A stretch of DNA of 64,000 nt from Octopus sinensis. Lineage: Eukaryota. Under the pieces are notes generated by a model. It was not told the origin of the DNA. It saw nothing but the letters and a program-made list of their open reading frames with translations, and searched no databases. Positions 1 through 14,900 of the stretch are shown in pieces. Numbering within the stretch: position 1 is the first letter of the stretch; each line of letters starts with the position of its first letter. Position numbers and translations under genes: made by a program. Location: positions 183,396,001 to 183,460,000 of the forward strand of contig NC_042998.1 of NCBI RefSeq assembly GCF_006345805.1, given 5' to 3'.

Positions 1-2699
1 TTTGAACTTTAGAACATTTTATCTGTATATATATATATAGATGTTCTTCAATAACATTGAGACAATACTCCAAAGTAAAATCAACAAACCAGTTGATGCC
101 CCAATGTTTCTACATGAATAGTCACCATATTAATTCACTTAGGGTTTGATCTGTTGAAACAGTAGCCAAATTGTATGAAGGAAAGGGCTGTGATCTTGGC
201 CTTTGCAGACCTGAGACTGGCTAGATCCAATGCTGTTACTGTTCCTTATGAACAGTTACAAGCCAATGGCTCCCAGAAGGCCAATGTTCTTATGACTGAC
301 CTCTGCACCTAATCCTAGACATACAAAAAGTAGATTGGTCATGGCAGGATTCATTAAACTGTTTAAGTATTGATTATCTTTGATTAGGTGTCAGTGGCAT
401 TAAGAGTTCTGGTAAAATATACTAACATCGACATTTTGTTAAGATAGATGTGTGGGGTACTTTTTCAAAAGCAATTAATAAAATGATCAAACCTCTGGCT
501 ATCCAGAGTTGCCAGTGTATGCCATAGTGTACAATGTTTTTCCAAGGGTCACTAACAGCTCAATTTAAGTCACATTACTTCAATCAGAAATCTTTATTTA
601 AATTATGGGTCTTTCTCATTAGAAGTTTATCTCCTTTAGAGCTCAAAAATAATGTATTTTTTTAAAAACTGATATCAAATAGTGTCATCACTTTCATTGT
701 TCCCCCACACCCCCACACCCCAATCCATATTAAATGTTATGCTTCACTTCATGCTGTCTATATCAAGTGAAGCATAAAGAGTGCACACTTTATAATAAAT
801 AGCCATAGAACTAATTATCAATTATTGACCACAATCACCAACAAAATCATGAGATAGTAACAAATAGTATGGTTTCTTAGAACATCAGCTAAATATACTA
901 TGCTCTTAAGGAAATTTATTTTTATATATTGCATTCTATTATATTTGATTTCAAATTTAAATATAAAAATAGCAACTGTGTTTTTCAATCTTTTCTATTT
1001 CTCTCTTATTTTTCCTGTTTCGTAATCTATTTTAGCTTTCTTATATAGTGGGAAAAGAATTTCCATTTCCTATTTCTAACAGACATTTTTTTTGTTTTTT
1101 TTTTGGCTTTTATCCTGATATTAACAGAGATATTCATTCATTTTTCCAATCAGTTTGACACTTAAAAACTTCTAAAATTTTAGTATTCTCTGAAAACAAA
1201 ATTTAAAATGTCCATGTATTTGCAATATTTTTTGAAACTGATGTTTCGCTTTTTATAAAAAATATGAATAGAACAAAGCTGATGGTATACCCAGTCAGTA
1301 ATTCTGATGTGGTTATTGAAATTGAATGTACTGAACATTAATTATAAGGTAAATATAAATATCTGTTTTACAAAATAATTATCATGTTTAAAAACCATAT
1401 TTATGATAACCTGTTTAATGAAAAGTGCAGAAAATATGAAATATGGTGCAGAACTGTAATAATTACAAACCCCTTGGCAATCACTGAAATCAATAATTTT
1501 ATGCTTTAAAGTGAACATGAAAAATGAAACTTTGAAGTGATGGAAATTTTTGTTATCTGTGTAACAAGTCTAATTAACAATTATTAATACCACATTTATA
1601 TATTAATACATTTTGGAGGGGGGTGATATTTTAATTGGTTTTATAACTGTCTCAAATGATCCAATGATTTGCTTTTGATAACATTTATAAATGAGTATAA
1701 AGCAAGGCTCACATGTTTCAAATAATTAAGTTTGAGTCAACTCATATCATTGTCTGTTGTTACATTCACTCATAGTGACAATTCAAGAAGCAATGTTTCG
1801 CTTCTTTTGTTATTATTATTATGTTTTAATAAATATCTGAAAAGTTTCAGAAAAGAAATCAAAGCCATAGAGTAATTATATTTATTTGTATAATGCTACT
1901 AATATTTTGAAGTCTTATTAAGTTTAAAACTATGATTATGTTTTATTTTTTATAATTTATTAATTAGTTAATAAGCAGTAACTAGCAACATTTATACAAA
2001 CTATGAATTTTTAAATTCAAAACAAAAAAGTATTATACATTAGTTTTATATTAAATACAACTATTTTTAGAAAATAGTTTTTGGGATTTTAAAAATTTGT
2101 GTTATTTTAAATTCTTTTCTAGATTTCTCAGAAAATAATTTAAGTCAAAAAGTGTTTTATGATATTGTTCAGTAAATTCTAAGAATTAGAATTTTTTTTT
2201 TTAAATGTTCTTTTCATGTAAATAATTACAAAATTCACCTGTATGTGATAAGAATTCAGCGTTATATTGTTGTTATTCCCCACCTCCTATTTTACACAAA
2301 TGTACAAAAGAATTTTTAAATGTTAAAATTATATATTGTTTGAAACTTCATGTGAAAATTATATAAATACACTTGTATTAAGGAAACACAAGTCACCTTC
2401 CTTTGTTTGCTCTTCCTCTTTTTCTTTGTCTGTGATTTAGTTTTTTTCCTTTCCCCTTCCCGTTTCTCTGTTTTTAATGAAAAAAATATTACTCCATAAA
2501 TTTAAATTGAGTGTTAATGCGTGATAATTTATTATCTGCTTATCTTGCCAATGAACACACTTAATTTCAATCCAATTTATTGTTTCATTTTATATTTTTA
2601 TATATTTTTAAAATACATATGAAGAATTACATTTCTCTTATGAATTTTTAAGAAGATAGTTCTAAGGTTTTTTTTTTTTTTTTTTTTTTAAACTTTAGT

Positions 2700-2990
2700 G
2701 AAACAAATTAAGCCTGGGTTTGTTCTTGGATGTGTATGTACAGCTGGTGAAACAACCGCAGAAACTATTTGGCAAAAAATAAACAACTCTATCTTGCATT
2801 TATTGACATAGTAAGGTTTTTGGCAGGATCTCATATAATGAGAAAGCTCACACAAAATATAAAATTGCTCAGGTATGAAGCGGCTAAAAGCCAACTCAGA
2901 ATAAATGAGATGTTCAGAGTGGAATTTAAGATTTGAAGAATGTCCACAAGCATCTGTCCTCAACCCTTTTATTTTCAGGTCATTCATAGT
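2700..2990 (+). mobile_element. Highly degenerate RTE-like LINE RT remnant
   Basis: Traces of GFV.G..TT and KQLYLAFID motifs, with frameshifts. Confidence 0.4.
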
Positions 2991-4592
2991 TCTTGATTGA
3001 GAGCTAGTTTCTAGATGACTTTATAGCATAATCAGTCTGCGAGCTATTTGAAACCAAGAAGATATGTCTAATGTATTATCTAGTTAGAAACACCCAGTAT
3101 TTTCAGGGATTAAGTTCAAACTCAGTGTTATTACCTCAACTTTTGTGAAGTTTCAGATGTAACAAATGACAAAAAAAATCCAAGCATTTTTAAGATGTTT
3201 AAAAAAAAAAGTAGTAATTCTTGGTAACAAGAGTTGGAGGTGGCTCTTCTGATAGGGAAAGTTTCAAAAACAGTAGTCTGTGTATAAAGGGTGGACAGTT
3301 TGATACTTATGTTGTGGCATATGAAAGGTAAACCATCAGCAGATACTTATGTTAGAAAGTAATAAGTTGAGTATATGCTGAATGAGCAGTGTTAATTTTA
3401 ACAAAGGGTTGAATGAAAAGTGCCTAGGAACCACAAGCATTACCTTTTGTGTACAAGAGATGACTGCACTAGTGCTATATGTAATTTGATTGGATGAGTA
3501 CTGAATAAAAAGCCATGAGGTAATAGGTAGTATATGAAAGCTAGGGTTCAGCTTTTCACGGAGACTCATGCCATATTGTTGAACCCTTCAACCCCATGCC
3601 AATATATGAAAGCAAAAAAATGATTTAGAATAGATACTTTTAATGTTTGTAATTGTTTCTTCATGGCAAGACACTCAAAATCAAGTAAATGGATTAAAAA
3701 TATTTAGTCTTTCATATCAGATTTCGATTACCTTTTTCAAATTATGTATGTATACACCTTTATACAAGTTGTTTCTTTCTCTCTACTTATACGATGTGAT
3801 ATCAGCATGAATGATTTGAAGTTTTTTTTTTTTTTTTTCATCATCCATAGGAGGTGAGTTAGGGTTTAATTTTTAATTTAAAAAGTCTCCTAAATCATCT
3901 AATTGACCATTCATTTATTTATTTATTTATTAAAAATAAATGTGGAAAGTAAAATTCACAAACCAACCTATTCTAGATCCTTGCTGAAGCAAATTTTGTC
4001 TGTTACATCCTGTTTTGTTGTTTTTCACTCATTATTTTTCTTCTTTCCTATGCTGAACATGTTAGACCTTTTTGCTGGTAATAACAGCTACATAAAGTCT
4101 TATGTGAGTTCTGCTGAGGCAATGCTGTCATTTTGTTATGCTTGTCAATTTTGTTTTCATGTAAGCTTCAATATTTTTCTGTACAATATAAATAATACAA
4201 GCAGCTCAATTCAAATATGTTAATGTCAGGATTTGTGAAATCCAACTGTTGAAGTGTCTAATAAAATTATAAACATTTAAAACTTCAATTTAATTTTATT
4301 TATTTATTTATTTTTTTGACTTTGTTGAAATTCTGCCAGTAATACACCAATGGTTTGTCTTTATGATACTTCATTAAAAATGCTTCATCGGAAGAATCTA
4401 AATTTAAGAAGCCTTAATTAAAATCTAGAAACTGGCATCTTAAAGAAACAGATATAATGTTGAAACTCATTCTTCTCTAGTCTTCAGTAGCAAATTTTCA
4501 TTAACCAACTCTTTTGCATTCAAGCAGCCAATTAAAACATCAAGAGATGGCCCATATACTGATTTATCTCTAGAAATATGCCAATGTGCTCT

Positions 4593-5345
4593 ATCATCAT
4601 CATCATCGTCGTTTAGCGTCCGCTTTCCATGCTGGCATGGGTTAGACGGTTTAACTGGGGTCTGGGAAGCCAGAAGGCTGCACCAGGCCCAGTCTGATCT
4701 GGCAATGTTTCTACGGCTGGATGCCCTTCCTAACGCCAACCACTCCATGAGTGTAGTGGGTGCTTTTTACGTGCCAGACAAGGCTGGCAAACGGCCACAA
4801 TTGGATGGTACTTTTTGGCGAGGCTGGCAATGGCCACGTTCGGATAGTTCTCTTATGTGCCACTGGCACTGGTATCACAGCTACGATTTCCATTGATGTT
4901 GATCGATTTTGATTTTCACTTGCCTCAACAGGTCTTCACAAGTAGAGTTTTGTGTCCCAAGAAGGAAAAGTATGCATAAGTGGACTGAGGCCACGGGTTA
5001 TGGCCTCACTTGTCCTGCCGGGTCTTCTCACGCACAGCATACTTCCAAAGGTCTCGGTCTCTAGTCATTTCCTCGGTGAGACCTAAAGTTCGAAGGTCAT
5101 GCTTCACCACCTCATCCATAAGTTCCCTCAACCGCTAGGGTGTGGCACTTTTTCACACAACTATCTTCATCCATTCTCGCCACATGACCATACCAGTGCA
5201 AATGTCTCTCTTGCACACCACAACTTATGCTTCTTAGGTCCAACTTTTCTCTCAAGGTACTTACACTCTGTCGAGTATGAACACTGACATTACACATCCA
5301 TCGGAGCATACTGGCTTCATTTCTTGCGAGCTTACGCATATCCTC
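4593..5345 (-). mobile_element. RTE-clade LINE 3' fragment (RT C-terminus, 3'UTR and (GAT)n tail)
   Basis: ORF 5112-5339 ([13 protein letters not shown]...[17 protein letters not shown]) is the post-RT region of RTE. It matches the copy at 55.1-56.5 kb. Confidence 0.9.
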
Positions 5346-5791
5346 AAAGACAAAAATAAAAGTAACATCTCTGGCTACAACTTATTGAAAATTATGGAAA
5401 AAATTAATAATCAACTTGAGATTTTCTTCATCTTTGACTACCACTATAGCTTCCAATGAACTAGATCTAAAGGAGATTTCTATATATCACTTACTAGTGG
5501 TTCCTTAAAATCTTTGTTGAAAACAAGCTTTCAATCCTACCTTGAATGAGGATCTCCTCAGACTATAAAATAGTTCATGCTGACAGGGCTCTTTCTCATT
5601 ATCACCTCTAGTCTACTTCCAGGTTTGCTAACATCTTTCTTCTGCACATTAATGTACTTGCTATCACTTCTAAGAACACGTTCCTATTCAAATGATATCA
5701 TCCTTCACCTTCTACATACAACACCTATTTCAGAACAGAAAACTTCAATTATTGTAAAACTTAAATAAAAATTTTAAAATTTGATATATAA

Positions 5792-5797
5792 TTTATT
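5792..5797 (-). terminator. Candidate NHP2 polyadenylation signal AATAAA
   Basis: TTTATT on the plus strand, about 15 nt past the stop codon. The region is AT-rich, so a chance match is possible. Confidence 0.35.
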
Positions 5798-5812
5798 TTA
5801 GAAAAATACAAA

Positions 5813-5938
5813 TCAAATAGGAACCGGCAAAGTTTTCATTTCCTCATGCAATTCTGTGTACAGCTCTTCAAATGCTTCATTTTTATTTATCATTACCAAA
5901 CTGACTGGCCGTATTGTTCCACATGCGGCACCAAGATC
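5813..5938 (-). CDS. NHP2: NHP2 coding exon 4 (TGA at 5815-5813)
   Basis: Encodes DLGAACGTIRPVSLVMINKNEAFEELYTELHEEMKTLPVPI*; acceptor CTTTCCCTCAG. Confidence 0.95.
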   Translation of the reverse strand, partial: DLGAACGTIRPVSLVMINKNEAFEELYTELHEEMKTLPVPI

Positions 5939-8930
5939 CTGAGGGAAAGCAGGGGGGAAAAAAAGACAACAATGTAATCTTTATTTTATGAGTGTTCCAA
6001 TATTTTCTTTAACATAATTTTCAATGGGGATATTGAGATATTTGAATAAGAGGCAAAAGAAATAAATAAAATTACATAAATTTCATGCATACTTGACCGT
6101 TAGCATCTAAACTGACCATATCCAGCCCAAATAATCTGTCTCATATTCAAAATTGCCCAGATCTGGCCCCCTCACATCTTTCCTACAATGCTATTCTATA
6201 AACAATCACATCATCAAAATCTAAAAGCAGTGAGATAAAACACGATTAATTCAAAACAATGAGAATAAATAAACATTACATTTGACAGTAATCTAAATGT
6301 TAAAGGTTTAAGAATTTCAACTGGGAGGACAATTTTGTTTCACCAATGGTAATACAGGACATGTAGTACTATATTTATAGGACTGTTTCCGCATACAACA
6401 TGAGATTTAAGAAAAATTTAGCTGCTATTTCTAAAAGTTGAGCAATCACATACAAGCTTCCCTGTTGGCTCATTGGTTTTTCAAAACAAAGGAACATCAT
6501 TTTACATCCACTTTCATGTTGGCATGGGCTGTAACTACTCTAGACAAATTGGATGATCACAACTTAACCCTTTAGCTCTTAAACTGACCATATCCGACGC
6601 TGGTGAGACCCATATTGGAGTACAGGATTCAAACCTTTTCTCCTTATCTCCTCAAAGATATACATCATCTCGAAAGAGTCCAGAAGCTGGCTACCTGCAT
6701 GGTTCTCAGGCATTTGTCTTATGAAGAGAGGTTGAAGACGCTCGACCTTTATTCTCTCGATAAATGACGCCGCCGTGGTGATCTCATTCTCGCTTACAAC
6801 ATCGTAAGCGGAAAGGGTAACCCCTCGAAAGAGCTGTTCTTCACTCCTGCTCCAGAGCGTGGGCTGCGGGGTCACTCCGAAAAGCTCTATCTACGACGAT
6901 TTCATCTCAATTGAAGGAAAGGGGCTTTCTCCGTCTGGGTTGCGGATCCGTGGAATAAGCTGCCAGACGAGATAGTGAAGATGCTGATGACCGCTCGGTT
7001 CAAAGTCTCTCTTGACCAGAAATGGCCTGAACTCTTTGCATGAACACCCTTCCTGTACATAACTCCATGTCCCCCTACATGGCCATGCTTTTGCTTTTTG
7101 AGCCAAAAAAATTAAATTAAATTAAATTAAAAATATTCTACTTGTTTCGTGTTCAAAGTGGCCGGATTTCTACTGACTATTTGTACAAATTTTACAATCA
7201 TCAGTCTATGTACTCAAGTTCTTAAATATCCATTTTATACTTGAAAAGTATCAAAAGAAGTAAACTCACATCTTTGGAAGGAACATAACAATAAGAAATC
7301 TGGTTGTCTTCACACATGATAGGAATGTGGCTGTAGATATCAATAGGACTGATGTCACCTGCTAAAATCACTAACCTGGATTGTGAAGAAAGAAAAAAAA
7401 TCGAATTTAAACATTGGCAAAATTGTTTTACATCTATTAAATTAGATCCAAAAATATAGCAGAATTCTTCAATCTCATATTCAGTAATGATGACAATTTA
7501 AATAATTCTTGAATTATTAATGGAAATTGTAGTTGCGATACCAGTGGCGGTGGCACGTAAAAAGCACCATCCGATTGTGGCCGTTGCCAGCCTCACCTGG
7601 CACGTAAAAAGCACCCACTGCACTCACGGAGTGGTTGGCATTAGGAAGGGCATCCAGCTGTAGAAACACTGCCAGGTCAGACTGGGCCTGGTGCAGCCTC
7701 CTGGCTTCCCAGACACCAGTTGAACCATCCAACCCATGCTAGCATGGAAAACAGACATTAAAATGATGATGATGATGATTGAATGTGAAAGCATGAAGAA
7801 CAGACATCATGATGATAATTATAAAGTAGTTTTGGGGTGTTGCAAAGACAAACATTTGAAAGGAAATCTTTTCAAAATAAAGGAAGAACATAATTTTACA
7901 TCCACTTTCATGTTGACATGGGTTGTAACTACTCTAGACAAGTTGGATGATCATAACTTGATTAACCCATCAGCTTTTAAACCAACTATATCCGGCCCAA
8001 ATATTCTACCCGTTTCATGTTCAAAGTGACCGGCTTTCTATATGGCCAAATATTCTTCCTAAGACTAACCACTTTACAAAGTGTAGTGAGTGCTACTTAC
8101 CATGATGCCAGTACTAGAGGGGTTGTCATGTCTTTGATCAAACTGAAGCGTCCTCTTGGCCACACACTTTAGTGTGTACAGAGTGCGTTTTATCATGGTA
8201 CCAACAATCCTAGTTACTAAGTCTTGGATAGCAGAGAATAGGAAAAAGGACTTTAAATTTAGAAAATAGGCCATCAACTTCAGATGAGAGTAAGAGGTAT
8301 TATATACAATCAGGATGCCTGGATGCAGGCACATAAAGACAAAAATGATCTCATATTTTACTTGCCTGCCTACTTCTGAAATAACATCTGCTGCTGCCTA
8401 TTCAAAAGTTTTTATTCTACTCGAGACTTATACAATTCATATCCTCATATTACAAATATACATACACAAAATAAATAAAATATATTAAAAAAAAAACAGG
8501 CTAAATGAAATGATAGACATATTGTTTTGCAGACCAATCTGGTTCATATTTTATATCATTAACAAAATATAGACATTAAAAAGACCATGATGATTATGAT
8601 AATGCCAGAAGACCTCATATTGGTAACTGTGTATACATATATCACAAAACATAAATACTATGGTTATTACTATCAGCATTAAGATAGTGAAGTATCAGAA
8701 TCATTAGCACTCTGGATAAAATGCTTAGCAGTGTTTCATTTGCCAATACGTTCTGAGTTCAAATTCTACCAAGGTCAACTTTGCCTTTCATTCTTTCAGA
8801 GTCAATAAAGTACTAGTTGAACACAGGTCAATCTGACCAACTTTCCCACCAAGTCAAAATTGCTAGTCTTCTGACAAAGAAAGAAGTATTATTATCATCA
8901 TTGTAAGATGGAAACTGAAAGAACCCCACC

Positions 8931-8961
<31 letters not shown>

Positions 8962-11900
8962 GAGGCGCAATGGCTCAGTGGTTAGGGCAGTGGACTCGCG
9001 GTCGTAAGATCGCGGTTTCAATTCCCAGACCGGGCGTTGTGAGTGTTTATTGAGCAAAAACACCTAAAGCTTCACGAGGCTCCGGCAGGGGGTAGTAGCG
9101 ATCCCTGCTGTACTCTTTCACCACAACTTTCTCTCACTCTTTCTTCTGTTGGCCTGCTCGCTTAGCCAGCAGGGTGGCGTCACTTAAAGGCTAAAACGAT
9201 GCAAAGCGCATTGTGACCAGCGATGTGTAGCAACATCTGATAGCCTGGTCGGTCACGGTGATATATATATATATATATTATGATATATTTATGTTTGTGT
9301 AGCTTTGTCTAGACATCCATAATGACAGTAAATGAGAATCTCATTGTCATACAAGCCAGGTTGTTTGTTTCTAATCTTCTGTGGAAATTATGTCTAGTTA
9401 TGGGAAAATATTACCTTGCTTAGAAATAGATGAGGATTGGTGATAGGAAGGCATCTGAACATACAAAATTTGCCTCAAGAAATTCTGTCTGATGCAAGGA
9501 TATTAAGTGAAATGATGACCATGATAATGACACATCAGGTAGTGAGTTGCCAGAATTGTTTAAAGTATCAGAAATAGATGAGGATTGGTGATAGGAAGGC
9601 ATCTGAACATACAAAATTTGCCTCAAGAAATTCTGTCTGATGCAAGGATATTAAGTGAAATGATGACCATGATAATGACACATCAGGTAGTGAGTTGCCA
9701 GAATTGCTTAAAGTATCAGAAAAATGTCTTGCAGAATTTCTTCTGGTTAACTACCTTCTGAGTTCAAATCCCATCAGAGTTAATTCTGTCTTTCATCCTT
9801 CTGAGGTTGATAACAAGAAGTACCAGTTAAGTACTTGGGTCAATGGTATCAATTAACAACCTACTCTCAAGCATGCTGGTCTTGTGTCAAAATTAGAAAC
9901 AATTATTATCCAAAGCACTTTAACCGGCCAAAAGTATTCTGCCTGTTTTATGTTCAAACTGACCATATCTGGTCTCTCACACCAGCCCTACAATATTGTT
10001 TTAAAAATTAACAGTTACCTCATCAAAATCTCATAGCTACAAGATAATGCATGATTAGTTTAAAACAATGTGGATGAAGAAGCATTAGTTTTGGCAGAAT
10101 AATGTGAACACTAAAGGGTTAAAAATCATATTCCAATATTTCTTTTCGGAATTAAGTAAACAGTCTTTAAGTTTAGTGGAATGTGAGAGAACTGATTGAT
10201 ATAGTTTATAAACTCACCCCTTTTCTCCTCGTCTTATAAACTTTTGTACCTCTCTGACACCTTTCCGCAATGATTTTGTTTTGCTAGCTATTATGAAAAA
10301 AAAAGAAAAAGCAACATGTAAGAAAAACAAATTTTCAATATGGTAAGAATGTAAACTTTCATTTTTAAGAACAAATTCATACACATCCATTTTAATTACA
10401 GAGTAGCAAATTCTCTAAAACAAAGACAACAGCAAATCGAAATCGCTCAAAAATCAATGGAAATTGTAGTTGTGATACCAGTGCCGGTGGCACATAAAAG
10501 AACCATCCGAACATGACCATTGCCAGCACCGCCCCGACTGGGCTCTATGCTGGTGGCACGTAAAAAGCACCAACTGATTGTGGCTGTTGCCAGCCTTGCC
10601 TGGCAGGCAAAAGGCACCCACAACACTCATGGAGTGGTTGGTGTTAGGAAGGACATCCAGCTGTAGAAACTCTGCCAGATCAAGATTGAAGCCTGGTGCA
10701 GCCATCTGGTTCACCAGTCCTCAGTCAAATCGTCCAACCCATGCTAGCATGGAAAGCGGATGTTAAACGATGATGATGAATTCCCAGCAAACAACAATCA
10801 CTAGGTGATGAGAAATACGTTTATTTCTTGTTAAGAGAATGTTGATAGCTACCATATATACGTGTATAAACATAGATAAAATAATTCATGTAAAAGTCAA
10901 TTCCCAACTGTTAGCCAAAAGATCTGGAATTTTCCATATATCTTGTGTAAAAGTTGACCATAGTCCTTCACAGAAAACATCATTTATATGTAAAGGGATT
11001 ATCCCTTACATAAATGTTATTATGTAAAAATGAATTTTTTTTTTAGTGTTAGCCTATTATCAGTATGTAAAATTCACACAAACATCAGGTTAGAGACTTA
11101 AAATCAGCTTGCTTATGCAAGTGCTGTCAACTGAAAGCTCAGCATACCACATACCAGAAAGTTTCAGGGTTCATCATTATCAAAGGCAAGTCAAAATGTC
11201 TCTTTGCAGCTAGCCTGATTTCAGTTCCAATATAAAAACTCGTAGTCATACAAGTGAGGTTTTAAAAATGTTGCCATGATTTTGTGTAAAAATAATATCA
11301 AGAAAACAACAAATCTACAACCACTTTAACCCTTTAGTGTTCAGATTATTCTGTCAAATGTGATGTTTGTTTATTTAAAATGGTTTGAATTAATCATGCA
11401 TTATCTTGTAGTTTACTCTTTTACTTGTTTCAGTCATTTGACTGCGGCCATCCTGGAGCACCGCCTTTAATCGAGCAACTCGACCCCAGGACTTATTCTA
11501 TCGGTCTCTTTTGCCGAACCGCTAAGTAACAGGGACATAAACACAACAGTATCGGTTGTCAAGCAATGCTAGGAGGACAAACACAGACACACACACGCAC
11601 ATATATATACATATATACGACGGGCTTCTTTCAGTTTCCGTCTACCAAATCCACTCACAAGGCTTTGGTCAGCCCGAGGCTATAGTAGAAGACACTTGCC
11701 CAAGGTGCCACGCAGTGGGACTGAACCCGGAACCATGTGGTTGGTAAACAAGCTACTTACCACACAGCCACTCCTGTGCCATAGAGATTTCAGTGATGTG
11801 ATTTTTTAGTTTTAGAATGACATTGTAGGGCTGAGGTGAGAGGTGAGAGCTGGTCAGTTTCAATATAAAACAGGTTAAATATTTTGGTCAAATATGGCCG

Positions 11901-14900
11901 GTTTGAAAACTAAAATGATTGAAGTTGCCACAAAGATAAATAACTGTGTAGCAGATAGTAAGAGAATTTTATATTTTAGAGGAACTAGTGAAAGTCTGGG
12001 AAACATATTGAACAAACTTCAGACAACGTCAAAGAGAAAATGTGCTCACAGGTGTAAACCAAATATTTGCAATTGGAGAAATAAGCTGCAGAGTTGGATA
12101 AGTGAAAATTATCAATATGAAAACTGCCTTACTTATCTCCCTGCCCAGCCTTTATACCATTCATCAATGTACCATTAGAGTTTTCTAAGTTACAAGATTA
12201 TTCACTTAGTACTCAATATTTTAGCCTGAATAGCTCATGGTACTTTGCCAACATTACAATTGGATCTTTGGTGTGCCATTCTGTGGACAGACGCGAGCAC
12301 CCATGCTATCTATCAATGACCTGACCAGACCTGATCTATCTATCTAATAAAACATCTTATTTCAATTTCAAATCATCATTGTTTAACGTCTGCTTCCCAT
12401 GCTAGTATGGGTTGGACGGTTCAACTGGGGTCTGGGAAGCCCGAAGGCTGCACCAGGCCAGTCAGATCTGGCAGTGTTTCTACAGCTGGATGCCCTTCCT
12501 AATGCCAACCACTCCAAGAGTGTAGTGGGTGCTTTTTATGTGCCACCGACACAGGTGCCAGACGAGGCTGGTGAACGGCCACACTCGGATGGTGCTTTTT
12601 ACGTGCCACCAGCACGGAGGCTAGGCGAGGCTGGCAACGGCCACGAATTGGATGGTGTTTGTTACGTGCCACCGGCACAGAGGCCAGTCGATGCGGTGCT
12701 GGCTATTTTCATTCATTCAATCGTTTGTTTTATTAGATAGATATATTCCACCCACCACCTCTGATTTACAGTTCACACATATTTATACATGTGGAGGGTT
12801 TTTTGTTTTTATTGTGGGTGCTGACTAGTCCACTGACTAGCACGTGTGCGTGCGGTGCATGCATCTGCTGACTGGTACGGGTCGACTCATCGATTTTCCA
12901 TGTTGGCATAGGTTGGACAGTTTGACAGGATCCTGCAAGCCACAGGACTGCATCAATCTCCAACATCAGCTTTAGCATGGTTCCCATGGCCTGATCCTCT
13001 CTTTGTAGCATCAACTACTTCACAGAGAACTGGGTGGGGGTTTTTTTTTCATGCAACCGGCACTAGTGAAGTTGCCAAGTACCTTAGAAGACAGAAGAAC
13101 GGAAAAAGCCCCTTCGACTAAGTGTGCATATGGAGAGAGGAGGTTTATGCCAGATGTTGAGAGGCTAATGTGTGATAGAGAGACGTGTCTTGCTATATCC
13201 TATCTTGTAAACAGGTGTATAACTTGTATAACAGTTAAATTCTCAGAGAGTATTTAGCAAAACCTCAAAGTGCAGGGTTGAATGATTCAGAAGGGATGTA
13301 ACAATTGAATATAACATGGCTAACAGTAACAAGAAGGCAGAAGCTAGTGCAAGAAGGTGGCGAGTTGGCAGAAACGTTAGCACGCCAGGCGAAATGCTCA
13401 GCGGTATTTCGTCTGCTGCTACGTTCTGAGTTTAAATTCCGCCGAGGTCGACTTTGCCGTTCATCCTTTCAGGGTCGATAAATTAAGTACCAGTTACGCA
13501 TTGGGGTCGATATAATCTACTTAATCCGTTTGTCCTCTCTGTGTTTAGCCCCTTGTGGGTAGTAAAGAAATAGGTATTTCGTCTGCTGTTACGTTCAGAG
13601 TTCAAAGTCCGCCGAGGTCGACTTTGCTTTCATCCTTATGGGATCAATAAATTAAGTACCAGTTACGCACTGGGGTCCCCTTGTGGGCAATAAAGAAATA
13701 AGAAGCTAGGGCAAGAAACAAAGACCTAAGAACAGTTCCAATGATTTACAGTCAACAGCATGTGATTGTGATGGAAACTGACCTCGTTGAGGCCAAATAT
13801 CTTGGTTTCTGACATAAAAAAGCAGCTAATCTGGTGGAGGCAAAGGACATGGACAACACCTGATTTGGGGGGGGGGGTCTACAGAAACCCACTTTTATGA
13901 CTGCAGAGATTCTGAATCTGCAAAAAAAAAAAATTGGCAGTTCAAAATTTCTCCCACTCCCTTTTCTTTGCCAGGGAGGTGGAGAGGGGGAAAATTAAAA
14001 TTTTGAAAACGTGTTTTTGGAGTTTTCAAAATCTTATGGTTAGGGGAAAAAATGAAAAATGAAGAAATTGGGGAGAATGGGGGCCGAGAGGTAGATATTT
14101 CAAATGGTCGAATTTTGGCAATTTTCTGGAATCTCCGTATCCGAAAACGGGGGTTTTGGGGGGGAAAAAATGGGGGGGTTTTGGGGGAAAAAAATGGGGG
14201 GGGGACAGGAGGAAGTCTTTAAAATTTTGAAATGCCGATCTTTTTTTTTTTTTTTTGCAGATTTGGAATCTCTGCAGTCGAAACCGAAAGTGGGTGCGGT
14301 CCATGTCCTTTACCTCCGCCGTTAATTCTATTTGAATTAACTGTACTGAGGGAAAAATGAAGGGAGTTGAGTACCAGAACTTGGGGTCAATGTTTACTTT
14401 AACTCCCGGTTATCAAAACAAAAACAAGTGTAATTAGGTGTAAAAAAAATGTGTGTTAATGTTTACAATATTACCAGGAAACGAAATTTCAAAAAGTAGT
14501 AGAACGGTTGTATTAAACGAATATGAAAACAAAATTTGCGCCAAGAACCTAGGGTTGGGGAGAGGACTTTCGGAAAATTCACAAGATCCGATTTTTCCCC
14601 TCATAACTTCTAGGAAGTTAACCGAGATTTGTGGGGAAAATTTTTTTTCTGAGGGAGTGGGGAAAGATGCCCATTTCTCCAACAGCCCCACAAAAGACAA
14701 AGATTAACAGGTGAACACATGGTTTTAATAGGTTAGGAATATAACATTCTTCTGAGGGTCGGTGTATCATTATGTTATAAGGTACTACTAGCGAACAGTG
14801 GTCCCGGTGCGCGCACTCGCGCTAGCTAGTCGTAAGTAGTCGATCCTACGACTTTTTAACCCCCAACCCTAACCTTAGTTTGTTTATAAAAATAATTTAT

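Noticed and set aside
4066-4103. 38-nt exon-like segment on plus (TTAG...GTGAGT; DLFAGNNSYIKSY)
   Set aside because: I found no partner exons or recognisable homology. The similar segment at 1272-1348 has stops in all frames.
4467-4896. Recurrent ORFs of the '[12 protein letters not shown]' and 'EWLALGRAS' type (also at 7.5, 10.5, 12.4, 53.5, 56.2 and 58.4 kb)
   Set aside because: They are chance frames in the dispersed RTE 3'UTR, not a gene family.
8961-9035. tRNA-like sequences (also 57610-57687 and 11700-11780)
   Set aside because: They have A and B boxes but continue into SINE bodies, and I could not fold a complete cloverleaf. These are SINE heads.
11085-11177. C-box (ATGATGA) and several CTGA motifs on the minus strand in NHP2 intron 1, a possible C/D snoRNA
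   Set aside because: There is no convincing terminal stem and no rRNA or snRNA guide that I can identify. It would need snoscan/Infernal and small-RNA data.
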